Origin: Candidatus Latescibacterota bacterium
Lineage (GTDB): Bacteria > Latescibacterota > UBA2968 > UBA8231
Length of the DNA: 64,000 nucleotides
Direction: 5' to 3'
NCBI GenBank assembly: GCA_965203355.1
Contig: OZ241889.1
Location: forward strand, 1,280,001-1,344,000
The translations under genes and the position numbers were made by a program. This document shows, in pieces, positions 29,818-38,885 of this stretch. The notes under the pieces were generated by a model. That model worked only from the letters and a program-made list of their open reading frames with translations. It was not told the DNA's origin and searched no databases. Within the stretch, counting starts at the first letter, position 1. Each line of letters opens with the position of its first letter.

Positions 29818-30845
29818 CCTCTGTACGCGCGGTGGCAAAGAAAAAGCACGGCAACAAACAGAGCCACGGCTACTGCCTGATGCAGCGAGGCCAAGGCCAA
29901 GGGTACGTGCGCGACGACCGTGCCGATTCCCAAGCCGATCTGCACCGCTACCAAGCAGAGGATTAGGCTGGCTCCAGTTTTCAGTGCTGTGTGGCGGGCG
30001 ACCGCCCAGAGTACTAGTGCTAGCCCGAGGACTGCAAAGGCAAAGAAGCGGTGTTGGAAGTGGACGGTGATGGGGTTGTCGAGCAGGTTTACGAGGAGCG
30101 GCTGCATAGACCACAAGCCGGCCGGAAGCCAAACCCCGAACATTTTGGGGAAGGTGTCCGATAGGTAGCCGGCCTTGAGTCCGGCGACGAGGCCACCAGC
30201 GGCGATCTGGAGGGAGACGCCGGCAAATAGCCAAATGCAAAGACGGCGCACGGTGCGGGGCACCGACTGAGCCGCTGCCGCAGGCGATAGATAGCCTAGG
30301 GCTTGCCAGAGGCAAGCGGCCAAAAGGGCGAGGGCGCAACAAAGGTGCAAGGTCAAGCGCAGGTGACTTACTTGGGGCCGGTCGTCTAAGCCGCTTTTGA
30401 CCATTAGCCAGCCCACCAAGCCTTGGAGGGCGAAGAGCAGGCCAATGCCTAGATAGGCAGGTATGTGGGCGCGGGGAACGGCTCGGCACCAGAGGAAATA
30501 GATCAGGGGCATTACAAAGAGCAACCCGGCCAGTCGGCCGAGCAAGCGGTGGCCGAACTCCATGTAGTAGATAAATTTGAATGCGCCCAACTCCATGCCA
30601 TAGTTGACGAGTTGGTATTCGGGCGTCTGCTGGTACTTGGTGAATTCGCTTTCCCAGGCCGCAGCACTGAGCGGCGGAACGACGCCGGTGACCACGTTCC
30701 ACTCGACGATAGACAGGCCCGAGCGGGTCAGGCGCACCCACCCCCCGTACAATATGAGGACGACGATGAGAGCTGAGACAGCGAAGAGCCAGATGGCGAG
30801 TTGGCGATGGGTGGTCATGTGGCGGGGTTTGAACAAATCACTCAT
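29802..30845 (-). CDS. ctaA: COX15/CtaA heme A synthase
   Basis: GGWVRLTRSGLSIVEW, EFGHRLLGR, GWLMVKSGL, HFQHR, ASLHQ. Confidence 0.92.
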   Translation of the reverse strand: MSDLFKPRHMTTHRQLAIWLFAVSALIVVLILYGGWVRLTRSGLSIVEWNVVTGVVPPLSAAAWESEFTKYQQTPEYQLVNYGMELGAFKFIYYMEFGHRLLGRLAGLLFVMPLIYFLWCRAVPRAHIPAYLGIGLLFALQGLVGWLMVKSGLDDRPQVSHLRLTLHLCCALALLAACLWQALGYLSPAAAAQSVPRTVRRLCIWLFAGVSLQIAAGGLVAGLKAGYLSDTFPKMFGVWLPAGLWSMQPLLVNLLDNPITVHFQHRFFAFAVLGLALVLWAVARHTALKTGASLILCLVAVQIGLGIGTVVAHVPLALASLHQAVAVALFVAVLFLCHRAYRGYTAS

Positions 30846-30914
30846 AGAAAATACGCTGTGGCGATATATTGGCAACTTTTGTCACGTCGCCGTACGCGAT
30901 AGAAGGAGGTACGT

Positions 30915-31655
30915 GTGAAGCTAGCAAACAAAGAAGCGTTGGTAACGGGTGGGTCCACTGGCATTGGCCGGGCGGCTGCCGAGTTGTTCGCGCAGGAAGG
31001 TGCCCGCGTCCACATCGTGGACTACAACGAATCGGAGGGCCGAGCGGCTGTGGAGCAGATCGAGGCCGCAGGGGGCCAAGCGCATTTCTACGCCACGGAC
31101 GTGCGCCTCGAAGAGAGCATGGCCGCGTCGGTCGCGCAGATCAGAGAGCGCACCGCTCGCCTCGATGTGGCGGTTTTTGCGGCCGGAGTCTTGAAGGGGG
31201 CGTACAAAACCATTGAGGAGCTGTCGGAGGAGGATTGGGATGCGACGCTCGACACGAATCTGAAGGGCACCTTTCTCTCGGCCAAATACGCGACGCCGCT
31301 TTTGGCGGCCGCCGGCCAATCCGTGCTGCTGATCATTGCCTCGGGAGCGGGTGTACGGGGCGGTTCCTCGTCCTATGCTTATGCTGCGAGCAAGGCTGGT
31401 CAACACGGATTGCACTACAAGCTCGAAGGTGAGTTGGGGCCGCAGGGGGTGCGCTTGCACGTGATTTGCCCTGGCGGTATTGCAACGCCGCTGAAGCTAA
31501 AGAATATAGCGCAGGGGGCCGAAGCCGCAGGCCGCGATCCAGAGGAAGCAAAGCGGAACGCCGTGCTGGGAGACCCGATGGGCGTGGCGCGGGTGCTGGC
31601 GTTTTTGGCTTCTGAGGAGGGGTCTTACGTGCGGGGGACGGTGTTCACTCGGTAG
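30915..31655 (+). CDS. SDR-family oxidoreductase
   Basis: TGGSTGIG, YAASK, ICPG. Confidence 0.9.
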   Translation: MKLANKEALVTGGSTGIGRAAAELFAQEGARVHIVDYNESEGRAAVEQIEAAGGQAHFYATDVRLEESMAASVAQIRERTARLDVAVFAAGVLKGAYKTIEELSEEDWDATLDTNLKGTFLSAKYATPLLAAAGQSVLLIIASGAGVRGGSSSYAYAASKAGQHGLHYKLEGELGPQGVRLHVICPGGIATPLKLKNIAQGAEAAGRDPEEAKRNAVLGDPMGVARVLAFLASEEGSYVRGTVFTR

Positions 31656-31764
31656 CGTCAGGCGCGTTCCCAACGGCTGGAGCCTCGGAAGCCATGTTGC
31701 TGCCGTGGTTTTCGCCGCTGTCTGCGTTCGACCGACTTAAGACGGAAGGAGATTATTCAAAATC

Positions 31765-32664
31765 ATGCCTATGCCAGCTTACAAACAACTGCGCCGACCG
31801 ATCCTTGAAATAGTAGCTGCGGCAAAAGAAGATGTAGTCTCTAAGCACTATGTCAGGGAATCGCTTTGCCAACTCTTCTCGCTGACTGATGATGATCTGC
31901 TAGAAAAAACACTCTCTGGACGACCAATGAAGTTTGAAGATCGCCTGAGTGACGGGATTTATTACTTAAAAAAAGCTGGCCTGCTACAATCCCCTACACG
32001 TGCCTGCTTCCAAGTTACCACGCGAGGGAGGGAATTTCTAAAGGGCACGGGCGACCTCAACGACAAGGAATTGAGGCTCCTGATTGCAGAGAATGAGGGA
32101 CGGCCGGTGGTCGGAGACGATGTTGACGCATTGGGGACGGTTGATGAGGATAGCCCCTATGAGCAGATCGCGGTGCTTTATCAGGAGTTGTATGGCAGAC
32201 TTGCCGAAGATCTGTTGGAAAGGGTGAAAAGGGTATCGCCCGCTAATTTTGAACGACTGGTAGTCAATTTGCTTGAGAAAATGGGCTATGGCCAAGGTCA
32301 GGCCATTGGAGGTAGCGGCGATGGTGGCATAGACGGCATCATCAATCAGGATGCCTTGGGGCTTGAGAAGGTGTACATCCAAGCGAAACGCTGGCAAAAC
32401 CAAGTCGGCACACCTGAAATCCGCACCTTTTCTGGCAGCCTTGAAGCAAAAGGGGCAAGTAAGGGCGTGTTTATCACGTCTTCGTCCTTCGGTCCAAATG
32501 CGCGTGAAACGGCGCGTTATATCTCGGCGGGCAACAAGTTTATCCGGTTAATAGACGGCGAGGAACTTGCTCGTCTGATGATAGATCACGGCGTTGGTGT
32601 GATCTCCGAAATCACATACGACGTGAAAAAACTGGACGAAAACTACTTTGCCGAAGATGTGTAG
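31765..32664 (+). CDS. mrr: Mrr-family (type IV) restriction endonuclease
   Basis: N-terminal winged helix; FERLVVNLLEKMGY, GDGGIDG, YIQAKRW, LIDGEELARLM. Confidence 0.92.
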   Translation: MPMPAYKQLRRPILEIVAAAKEDVVSKHYVRESLCQLFSLTDDDLLEKTLSGRPMKFEDRLSDGIYYLKKAGLLQSPTRACFQVTTRGREFLKGTGDLNDKELRLLIAENEGRPVVGDDVDALGTVDEDSPYEQIAVLYQELYGRLAEDLLERVKRVSPANFERLVVNLLEKMGYGQGQAIGGSGDGGIDGIINQDALGLEKVYIQAKRWQNQVGTPEIRTFSGSLEAKGASKGVFITSSSFGPNARETARYISAGNKFIRLIDGEELARLMIDHGVGVISEITYDVKKLDENYFAEDV

Positions 32665-32715
32665 CAGCATGTAGCTTGATCCACATAGTAGAGCTTCACA
32701 GAAATTACAGCCTTC

Positions 32716-33822
32716 ATGCAGACCACCGCTAAGCTGATATGCGGCCCGGCCCAGTCCATGGCCGGGATCGCGGATGGGTCAATCGATTTGATCGTCACTT
32801 CGCCGCCCTATCCAATGGTGGAAATGTGGGATGAGATTTTCGCGTTGCAAGACGAGCGCGTCGGGGAGCAACTGGCGGGTGGCAATGGGCGGGCTGCTTT
32901 CGCGCTGATGCACGAATTGCTCGATGCGGTGTGGCGGGAGTGCGCGCGCGTCATGAAGCCGGGGGCTATTGCCTGCGTCAACATCGGCGACGCCACTCGC
33001 ACCTTGGATGGCGACTTCCAGCTCTACTCCAATCACGCCCGCATCCTCAGCCGTTTCCTCGACCAAGGTTTTGCCGCTTTGCCCGATATACTCTGGCGCA
33101 AACAGACCAACGCCCCCAACAAATTTATGGGCTCGGGAATGCTGCCCGTAGGGGCGTATGTGACCTATGAACACGAGTACGTCCTCGTGCTTAGAAAAGG
33201 ACGGCGGCGGACATTCTCAACGGCCGCAGAGAAAGCCAAGCGCCGCGAGAGTGCCTTCTTTTGGGAGGAGCGCAACGTCTGGTTTTCGGACGTGTGGCTC
33301 GATGTAAAGGGGACTTCGCAAGGGCTGGTTGATGCGCCGACCCGCGAACGCAGCGCGGCCTTTCCATTTGAGTTGGCCTACCGGCTCGTCTGCATGTTTT
33401 CTGTCAAAGAAGATGTGGTGCTCGATCCGTTTGCCGGGACTGGAACGACGCTGGCGGCTGCCTTAACAGCGGGAAGAAACTCGGTCGGCGTGGAAATCGA
33501 CGAGACGTTGGTGCCGGTTGTGCAAAATCTGCTGCGCTCCGCACGGCCTGCGGCCAATGAGTACAACCGCGACCGATTAGCTCGACACGCGGAGTGGGCT
33601 GCTACGCGCACGGCGGATCGCGGCCCATTGAAATACGCGAACCGCCACTACGGATTTCCAGTAATGACGGCTCAGGAACAGGACTTGTTGTTAAACGAAG
33701 TTACGGAAATTGCCGGCGATGCTGACGGCACGACGCTGGTGGCCCGCTACAGCGAGGAAGCGAAAGCGCACCCGCGCAAAAGCAAAACCGCTGCGCAGAC
33801 GCTGCTGCCGCTAGGCTGTTAG
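32716..33822 (+). CDS. Beta-class N4-cytosine/N6-adenine DNA methyltransferase (orphan)
   Basis: VTSPPY motif IV precedes LDPFAGTGTT motif I. Confidence 0.9.
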   Translation: MQTTAKLICGPAQSMAGIADGSIDLIVTSPPYPMVEMWDEIFALQDERVGEQLAGGNGRAAFALMHELLDAVWRECARVMKPGAIACVNIGDATRTLDGDFQLYSNHARILSRFLDQGFAALPDILWRKQTNAPNKFMGSGMLPVGAYVTYEHEYVLVLRKGRRRTFSTAAEKAKRRESAFFWEERNVWFSDVWLDVKGTSQGLVDAPTRERSAAFPFELAYRLVCMFSVKEDVVLDPFAGTGTTLAAALTAGRNSVGVEIDETLVPVVQNLLRSARPAANEYNRDRLARHAEWAATRTADRGPLKYANRHYGFPVMTAQEQDLLLNEVTEIAGDADGTTLVARYSEEAKAHPRKSKTAAQTLLPLGC

Positions 33823-34139
33823 TCGGCGTTGCGATCTTCCGCGTGCAACGTGCTCTGAAGTGCTTCATAGGCCGCCTCGCAATCGGCGAGCGCAGCACTT
33901 TGTTCCTTGATCTGTTGGTTCAGCGATTGTACTTGATCATCGATCACGGGGTCGTCGCCGGCTTCGAGAAGTTGGTGGACCCGTGCTCCCAGATCCGCTT
34001 GGGTGCGGTGGAGCTGGTTTTTGGCAGCGGCGATATCGAGCCGGGCACGCGCTAGACGGGTCAGATCGCCGGCTTTGTCAGCGGCGGCGGCCGCGCCTTC
34101 TTGCAGCCCTTTGACGAGATTGTTCCACAAGTTGTCCAC
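33819..34139 (-). CDS. Hypothetical coiled-coil protein
   Basis: GAGG RBS + GTG; amphipathic helical sequence; operonic position. Confidence 0.65.
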   Translation of the reverse strand: MDNLWNNLVKGLQEGAAAAADKAGDLTRLARARLDIAAAKNQLHRTQADLGARVHQLLEAGDDPVIDDQVQSLNQQIKEQSAALADCEAAYEALQSTLHAEDRNAD

Positions 34140-34155
34140 TGAGACCTCGTATGGT

Positions 34156-34593
34156 TTAAGTGTGTGGTGCCGAGGCGCGGCGCAGCTCGCCGAGGAGCGT
34201 TTCTTTGTTGGCCCGCGAAACTTGGCGGCCCTTGATCTGAGCGTTGGGTAGCTGGCGCACGAGTTGGCGCAGGCGGGCGACTGGCAAGCCCTTTAGCTCG
34301 TCGGGAGGTGGCTGCGCTGCTTGGGGTTGGTGCAGGAGCAGGTTTTCTATGTCGAGATGAGGGGCGGGAATGACGCGATGGCTAATCACTTGGCTGACCT
34401 TGAGCGCGGCTTCGACACCGGCTTGTACCGCCACTTGGACGGCGGCAACCTCACCGCTAAAGTGCGTTGAAACTAGCCCGCCGCCGATGGACTTGATGCC
34501 GAGGAGCTCGACCGGAGCGGATTTTACGGCTGCGTCGGCTGCTTGGATGACGCCGACGAGACCGCGGGTCTCAATCAGCCCTATGGCAGCCAT
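34156..34593 (-). CDS. Bacterial microcompartment BMC-H shell protein with C-terminal helical extension
   Basis: AIGLIETRGL, AADAAVKSA, GEVAAVQ.AV.AG, HRVIPAPH. Confidence 0.9.
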   Translation of the reverse strand: MAAIGLIETRGLVGVIQAADAAVKSAPVELLGIKSIGGGLVSTHFSGEVAAVQVAVQAGVEAALKVSQVISHRVIPAPHLDIENLLLHQPQAAQPPPDELKGLPVARLRQLVRQLPNAQIKGRQVSRANKETLLGELRRASAPHT

Positions 34594-34611
34594 TGGATGC
34601 GCTTGGCTCGG

Positions 34612-34839
34612 TCAACGAGTGTCGTCGAGGGTGTGGGGGACGAGTGCTAAAAAGCGGGCGCGCTTGATGGCGCGAACGACGTGCGCCTGCTGCTTGCGCG
34701 TGGCACCGGTGCGCCGAGCCGATTCGATCTTGCCAGTCGGCGTGATAAACTTGACTAAGACATCGAGGCGCTTGTAGTCGATGTCTTCGGGCTTGAGCTT
34801 GGCGACGGCCTCTCGGCGTGTGCTGCGAAACTTGGCGAT
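34612..34839 (-). CDS. rpsR: 30S ribosomal protein S18 (Cys-free), predicted ATC start; absent from the ORF track
   Basis: Manual translation IAKFRSTRREAVAKLKPEDIDYKRLDVLVKFITPTGKIESARRTGATRKQQAHVVRAIKRARFLALVPHTLDDTR*; AAGGAG 7 nt before ATC. Confidence 0.92.
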   Translation of the reverse strand: MAKFRSTRREAVAKLKPEDIDYKRLDVLVKFITPTGKIESARRTGATRKQQAHVVRAIKRARFLALVPHTLDDTR

Positions 34840-34890
34840 GACGACGCTCCTTTTTAAGGCACCCGCCCGAGCGGGCGCAGAAATTAAAAG

Positions 34891-34947
34891 AACAAAAAGT
34901 ACAGGAGGGGCCGGGTAATGTCAACATATTGCCCCGGCCCCTCCTGT
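34891..34947 (-). terminator. Intrinsic terminator of the Gfo/Idh/MocA gene
   Basis: 15-bp stem ACAGGAGGGGCCGGG / CCCGGCCCCTCCTGT followed by ACTTTTTGTT. Confidence 0.8.
34896..34924 (-). promoter_or_regulatory. sigma70-type promoter for rpsR-BMC-hypothetical
   Basis: TTGACA-17 bp-TACTTT on the minus strand. Confidence 0.7.
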
Positions 34948-34948
34948 G

Positions 34949-36115
34949 TTAGCGCGGGTTCATTTCGTCGTGGAGCTGGCGCATGATTTGATGGTGCCCC
35001 ATGCCTTCGTCCGAGAGCTTCTTGTATTTGGCCTCGTCAATGCCGTCGCGCTTGAGAAAGCCGCGAATGTCGTAGCGGCCCCCGATTTCCACGGGTAGGT
35101 GGCCTTCCTCGACCATGAGTTGAAGGGGATAGCCTTTTTCTTGTAACGGCAGGTGGATCACGCGGTTGCGACGCGCCGATTCGTAGAGGGCCATCATAAT
35201 TTCCACGGTGTCGCGGGCCGTGGTGCCGGCGTTGCGGTGTTCGGCCTTGCGGCCTTCGAGACAGGCGATGAGTTCGCGGACTTGGGCTGCGTTGGTGTTG
35301 CCGCCAATGGCTTTGGTGCCTTCGGTGAGCGCGAGATCAACTTCACGCCAGCCGCCCGAGGAGGCGTTCATAAGCTGGAGTCGGGTCTCGCTCACGGACA
35401 GGAGCCCTTCGCTACCGCGGATTTCAAAGCAGCCGGCACCAGCGCCCTCACGCATGAGGTCGGACTGAATGAAGAGTTGGAGATTGCCAGCGAAGTGGAC
35501 CAAGCCCATGCAGGCGTCTTCGATCATGGTGTCGCGCTCGTAGCGGTCGGTGCGGCGCTCGACTGCGCCCATGACCCATTGGGCGCGAGGATCGCCGAGC
35601 ACGAAGCGCGAGCCGTCAATGGAATGCGTACCCCAGTTAGTCAGCCCGTCGGCTACCTTGTTGGTGACAAAGATCGGCTCGCCAATCGCGCCCTCTTCGA
35701 CTAGTGCCTTGGCCTTTTCCCAGCCCGGGGTGAAGCGGCGCTGATGGCTGATGACCAGTTGGGTGCCGTGCGCCTCGCAGGCATTGACCATGGAGTCGGC
35801 CGCGGCCATGCCGATGGCCATGGGTTTTTCGCAGATGACGGCGCGGGCACCGCCAGCGGCGGCGGCAATGGTGGGTGCCGGATGCAAAAGGTGCCAAGTG
35901 CAGACGCTGACGATGTCGGGCCGGGCCTTTTCCATCATCTCTTCGACTGTGGCAAATTCCTGTGGGATGCCGTAGGCATCCACGTAGGTTTTGCGGGCCA
36001 TGGGGATCGGATCGGCCACGGCGACGACCTCGACCTCGTCCACGAGATTGTAGCCTTCCATATGGGCATTGCCGATGGATCCACAGCCGACGATGGCCGC
36101 AGTATAGCGTTTCAT
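34949..36115 (-). CDS. Gfo/Idh/MocA-family oxidoreductase
   Basis: GCGSIG, CEKPMA, HQRRF, GTHSID; start MKRYT after AAGGAGG. Confidence 0.9.
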   Translation of the reverse strand: MKRYTAAIVGCGSIGNAHMEGYNLVDEVEVVAVADPIPMARKTYVDAYGIPQEFATVEEMMEKARPDIVSVCTWHLLHPAPTIAAAAGGARAVICEKPMAIGMAAADSMVNACEAHGTQLVISHQRRFTPGWEKAKALVEEGAIGEPIFVTNKVADGLTNWGTHSIDGSRFVLGDPRAQWVMGAVERRTDRYERDTMIEDACMGLVHFAGNLQLFIQSDLMREGAGAGCFEIRGSEGLLSVSETRLQLMNASSGGWREVDLALTEGTKAIGGNTNAAQVRELIACLEGRKAEHRNAGTTARDTVEIMMALYESARRNRVIHLPLQEKGYPLQLMVEEGHLPVEIGGRYDIRGFLKRDGIDEAKYKKLSDEGMGHHQIMRQLHDEMNPR

Positions 36116-36247
36116 AGCGGATACCTCCTTGGCGAAAACGCGATAGCGGGTGTACTGTTGAGACATAATAAAGAATAGGCATTAGGTTATCTTCAAGTCC
36201 ACAGGCCGTACCAACCGAGCCTGTAGGCTGGGAAGCGACCACTAATT

Positions 36248-36670
36248 ATGGAAACCTTGTACGTTTCGCCTACTCTTTCCATCCCGCTTTCCGAACTGCG
36301 CTTCAAGTTTCGCCGTAGTTCGGGGCCAGGGGGACAAAACGTCAACAAGCTCAATACCTCGGTTGAGCTACAGTTTGACTTTGTCCACAGTGCGGTGCTC
36401 AGCACCGAGCAGTGCCAGCGGATTGCCGAGAAACTCGCCACGCGGCTGAATAGCACGGGTGTGCTGTCGGTCCAGTCGGAGCGATTTCGCACACAGGGAC
36501 GCAATCGCGCCGACTGCCTAGACAAGCTGGCCACTCTGCTCGCCGAGGTGCTCAAAACACAGCCCAAACGCAAAAAAACCAAGCCCAGCCGCGCCGCCCA
36601 AGCGCGTCGCCTCGACAGCAAGCGGCGTCATTCCGCCAAAAAAAAGAACCGCCAAACGCTTTTGGATTGA
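36248..36670 (+). CDS. arfB: Alternative ribosome-rescue peptidyl-tRNA hydrolase ArfB
   Basis: RSSGPGGQNVNK, R.Q..N, basic tail RKKTKPS..RRLDSK. Confidence 0.93.
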   Translation: METLYVSPTLSIPLSELRFKFRRSSGPGGQNVNKLNTSVELQFDFVHSAVLSTEQCQRIAEKLATRLNSTGVLSVQSERFRTQGRNRADCLDKLATLLAEVLKTQPKRKKTKPSRAAQARRLDSKRRHSAKKKNRQTLLD

Positions 36671-36785
36671 ACGTTTGTCCCTATTGGTGCGTCAAAAGTA
36701 AAGATAGCATTTGCGCGTGTTCACGTAGTGTTTTAAACTTTAACGTGAACGTAAAATTTTTCTCTGAAATGTTGTGAGGACTAAA

Positions 36786-37631
36786 ATGAAAGCACAAAAC
36801 AGAGATACAATGTACTCGGCGACCGATCTCTACTGGCGCGACATAAAAGACGCCGAGCCGCTCAGCCGCGAGGAGGAAACGGCTTTCTTCAAGCGCGCCA
36901 AAGCAGGGGACGAAGAGGCGCGGCAGGCACTGGTGCGGGCCAATTTGCGCTTCGTGGTTCGCGTCGCCCGCGAGTACCACGATTGCGGTCTTTCGCTGAT
37001 TGAACTCATTTCCGAGGGCAACCTCGGGCTGCTCGAAGCGGTCCAACGCTTCGACGAGACGCGCGGTTTTAAGTTCATCACCTATGCGGTGTGGTGGATT
37101 CGCCAAGCCATTCTCCGCGCCCTAGCCGAACACGGCAAAATCGCGCGCCCGCCGCTGAGCCGGGTCAGCGACCGGCAGAAGGTCGAAAAGGAAGCCGATG
37201 TTCTCGCCCAACAGCTAGGACGCGCCCCGACTGTTGAGGAAATTTCCGCTTCGGTCGATTTTTCGGCGGAGCGCATTCGCAACGCCTTTGAGATAGGGCA
37301 ACCGGATCTGCCCTTGGATGCCCCGGCCTTTGCCGACAGCGAGGTGACGTTTGCGCAGATCTTTGTCTCGGCCGAGCCTAGCTCGCACGACCGCTTCGTC
37401 GAGGGCGAAATGCGCACGGCGGTGACCGATTGTCTGAAGGTACTCGACGCCCGCGAATCCCACATTGTCCGCGCTTATTTTGGCCTCGACGATAGCACAC
37501 CCAAGACCTTGGAGGAAATCGGCGAGTCCATGGGCGTCACTCGGGAGCGCGTGCGGCAGTTGCGGAACAGGGCGTTGGAAAAGATGAAAAACGAGTGCGG
37601 CGGGCAGTTGGTCGAGTTTTCGAACAACTGA
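36786..37631 (+). CDS. RNA polymerase sigma factor, short RpoD/RpoS-like (no region 1.1)
   Basis: ANLRFVV, LISEGNLGL, RGFKFITYAVWWIRQAI, TLEEIG..GVTRERVRQ. Confidence 0.92.
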   Translation: MKAQNRDTMYSATDLYWRDIKDAEPLSREEETAFFKRAKAGDEEARQALVRANLRFVVRVAREYHDCGLSLIELISEGNLGLLEAVQRFDETRGFKFITYAVWWIRQAILRALAEHGKIARPPLSRVSDRQKVEKEADVLAQQLGRAPTVEEISASVDFSAERIRNAFEIGQPDLPLDAPAFADSEVTFAQIFVSAEPSSHDRFVEGEMRTAVTDCLKVLDARESHIVRAYFGLDDSTPKTLEEIGESMGVTRERVRQLRNRALEKMKNECGGQLVEFSNN

Positions 37632-37708
37632 GCGAAGATCGGACGACTGGCCCATTGCTGTGGGCTGTGCTGCGTCCTATAATTGAATGGCTTTAATGAA
37701 AGGATGCG

Positions 37709-37993
37709 ATGGCCCCGCTCCGGCAGAAATTATTGGTGCTCTACGCCCATTCTCCCGATTTACACAGCCAAACTGTGGCTTGGTCGCTGTACGACGGCAC
37801 GGGCGAGGACCGACCGAGCAGCGGCGATAGCGAGAAACCGCCCTATCCTTCGGTAGTGGCGGCCATGCGAGACGGGTGGCGGGTGGTGCAGTTTCCCCAA
37901 CAGTATCCGGCCTATCCGGGCATGGAATACAACACGTCCTATCTGAAATACGAGTACATCCTCGAAAAGATGGAGGCAGTCGATGCTCGATAA
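37709..37993 (+). CDS. Hypothetical protein coupled to the PhyH gene
   Basis: AAGGA RBS; overlaps the downstream start; PPY..V.AAM.DGWRV. Confidence 0.7.
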   Translation: MAPLRQKLLVLYAHSPDLHSQTVAWSLYDGTGEDRPSSGDSEKPPYPSVVAAMRDGWRVVQFPQQYPAYPGMEYNTSYLKYEYILEKMEAVDAR

Positions 37994-38795
37994 GCAATAT
38001 CTCTTGAATACCAAGCAAATGGCGCAGTTTGTCGCCGACGGTTTTTTGCGCTTTGACGAGTTGGTGCCCGACGCGATCAATCGCGCCGCGTGCGCGGAGA
38101 TGGAAACCGGAATTCCTCGAGGCCGCGCGGGTGCGCCGCTCGCTGAACTGTGGACCGATGCGGCGGTCGGTCAAGTGGTGCGTTTGCCTCAGGTTCAGGG
38201 GATCATTCACAGTTTAGTCGGCCCCGAACCTCTCTACGATCACCACGCCGTACATACGGTTGATGCCCACCACGAGCACGGGCAGATCTGGCACGCTGAT
38301 GCGATTATCGACACCCGACTGCATTTTGACATCCAGCTCTTTTATTTTGCTCACGACACGCCGCGCGAGATGGGTGGCACCATGTTCCTACCCGGCAGTC
38401 ACTACCGCCGCATCAGCGAGTCGGACATCGCCCGCTATCAAAACTTCCTCGGGCAGATGCCCATGGTCTGCAAGGCTGGTACCGTGGCCGTGGCTCACCA
38501 TGGCATCTGGCACTGCGCCCAGCCCAACCTAACTGGCCGCAAGCGCTACATGTTTAAGCTGCGGCTCAATCCCACGGTGCGGCAGAAAAAGCTGTGGAAC
38601 ACCGACGATATTGACGATGCCGAGATCCCCGCGCTACTCAATGCCAACCATCGCTGGTACGGCAACGAGGTGCGCTTAGAGGTGGTCAACCGCATCAAGC
38701 TGTGGCGCTTTTTGACCGGCGACGAGAATTACGACGTGTCCTACTGGCTGTCGCGGCTGGAGAACGCACCCGAAAATGAGTTGCGGGCCGCGTGA
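37983..38795 (+). CDS. Phytanoyl-CoA dioxygenase (PhyH)-family Fe(II)/2OG enzyme
   Basis: WHAD, GGTMFLPGSH, IWH. Confidence 0.85.
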   Translation: MLDKQYLLNTKQMAQFVADGFLRFDELVPDAINRAACAEMETGIPRGRAGAPLAELWTDAAVGQVVRLPQVQGIIHSLVGPEPLYDHHAVHTVDAHHEHGQIWHADAIIDTRLHFDIQLFYFAHDTPREMGGTMFLPGSHYRRISESDIARYQNFLGQMPMVCKAGTVAVAHHGIWHCAQPNLTGRKRYMFKLRLNPTVRQKKLWNTDDIDDAEIPALLNANHRWYGNEVRLEVVNRIKLWRFLTGDENYDVSYWLSRLENAPENELRAA

Positions 38796-38819
38796 ATTGA
38801 ACGCGCCCCATACAAAAGC

Positions 38820-38852
38820 AAAAGCCGACCCAATAGCTGGGTCGGCTTTTTT
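38820..38852. terminator. Bidirectional intrinsic terminator
   Basis: AAAAGCCGACCCA-ATAGC-TGGGTCGGCTTTTTT. Confidence 0.85.
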
Positions 38853-38885
38853 GTGTCGCCTGTATCGGCCTAGCACTGCCGTGGC

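Noticed and set aside
34571-34927. 118-aa minus-strand ORF in the track
   Set aside because: Shadow frame over the real rpsR gene and its promoter
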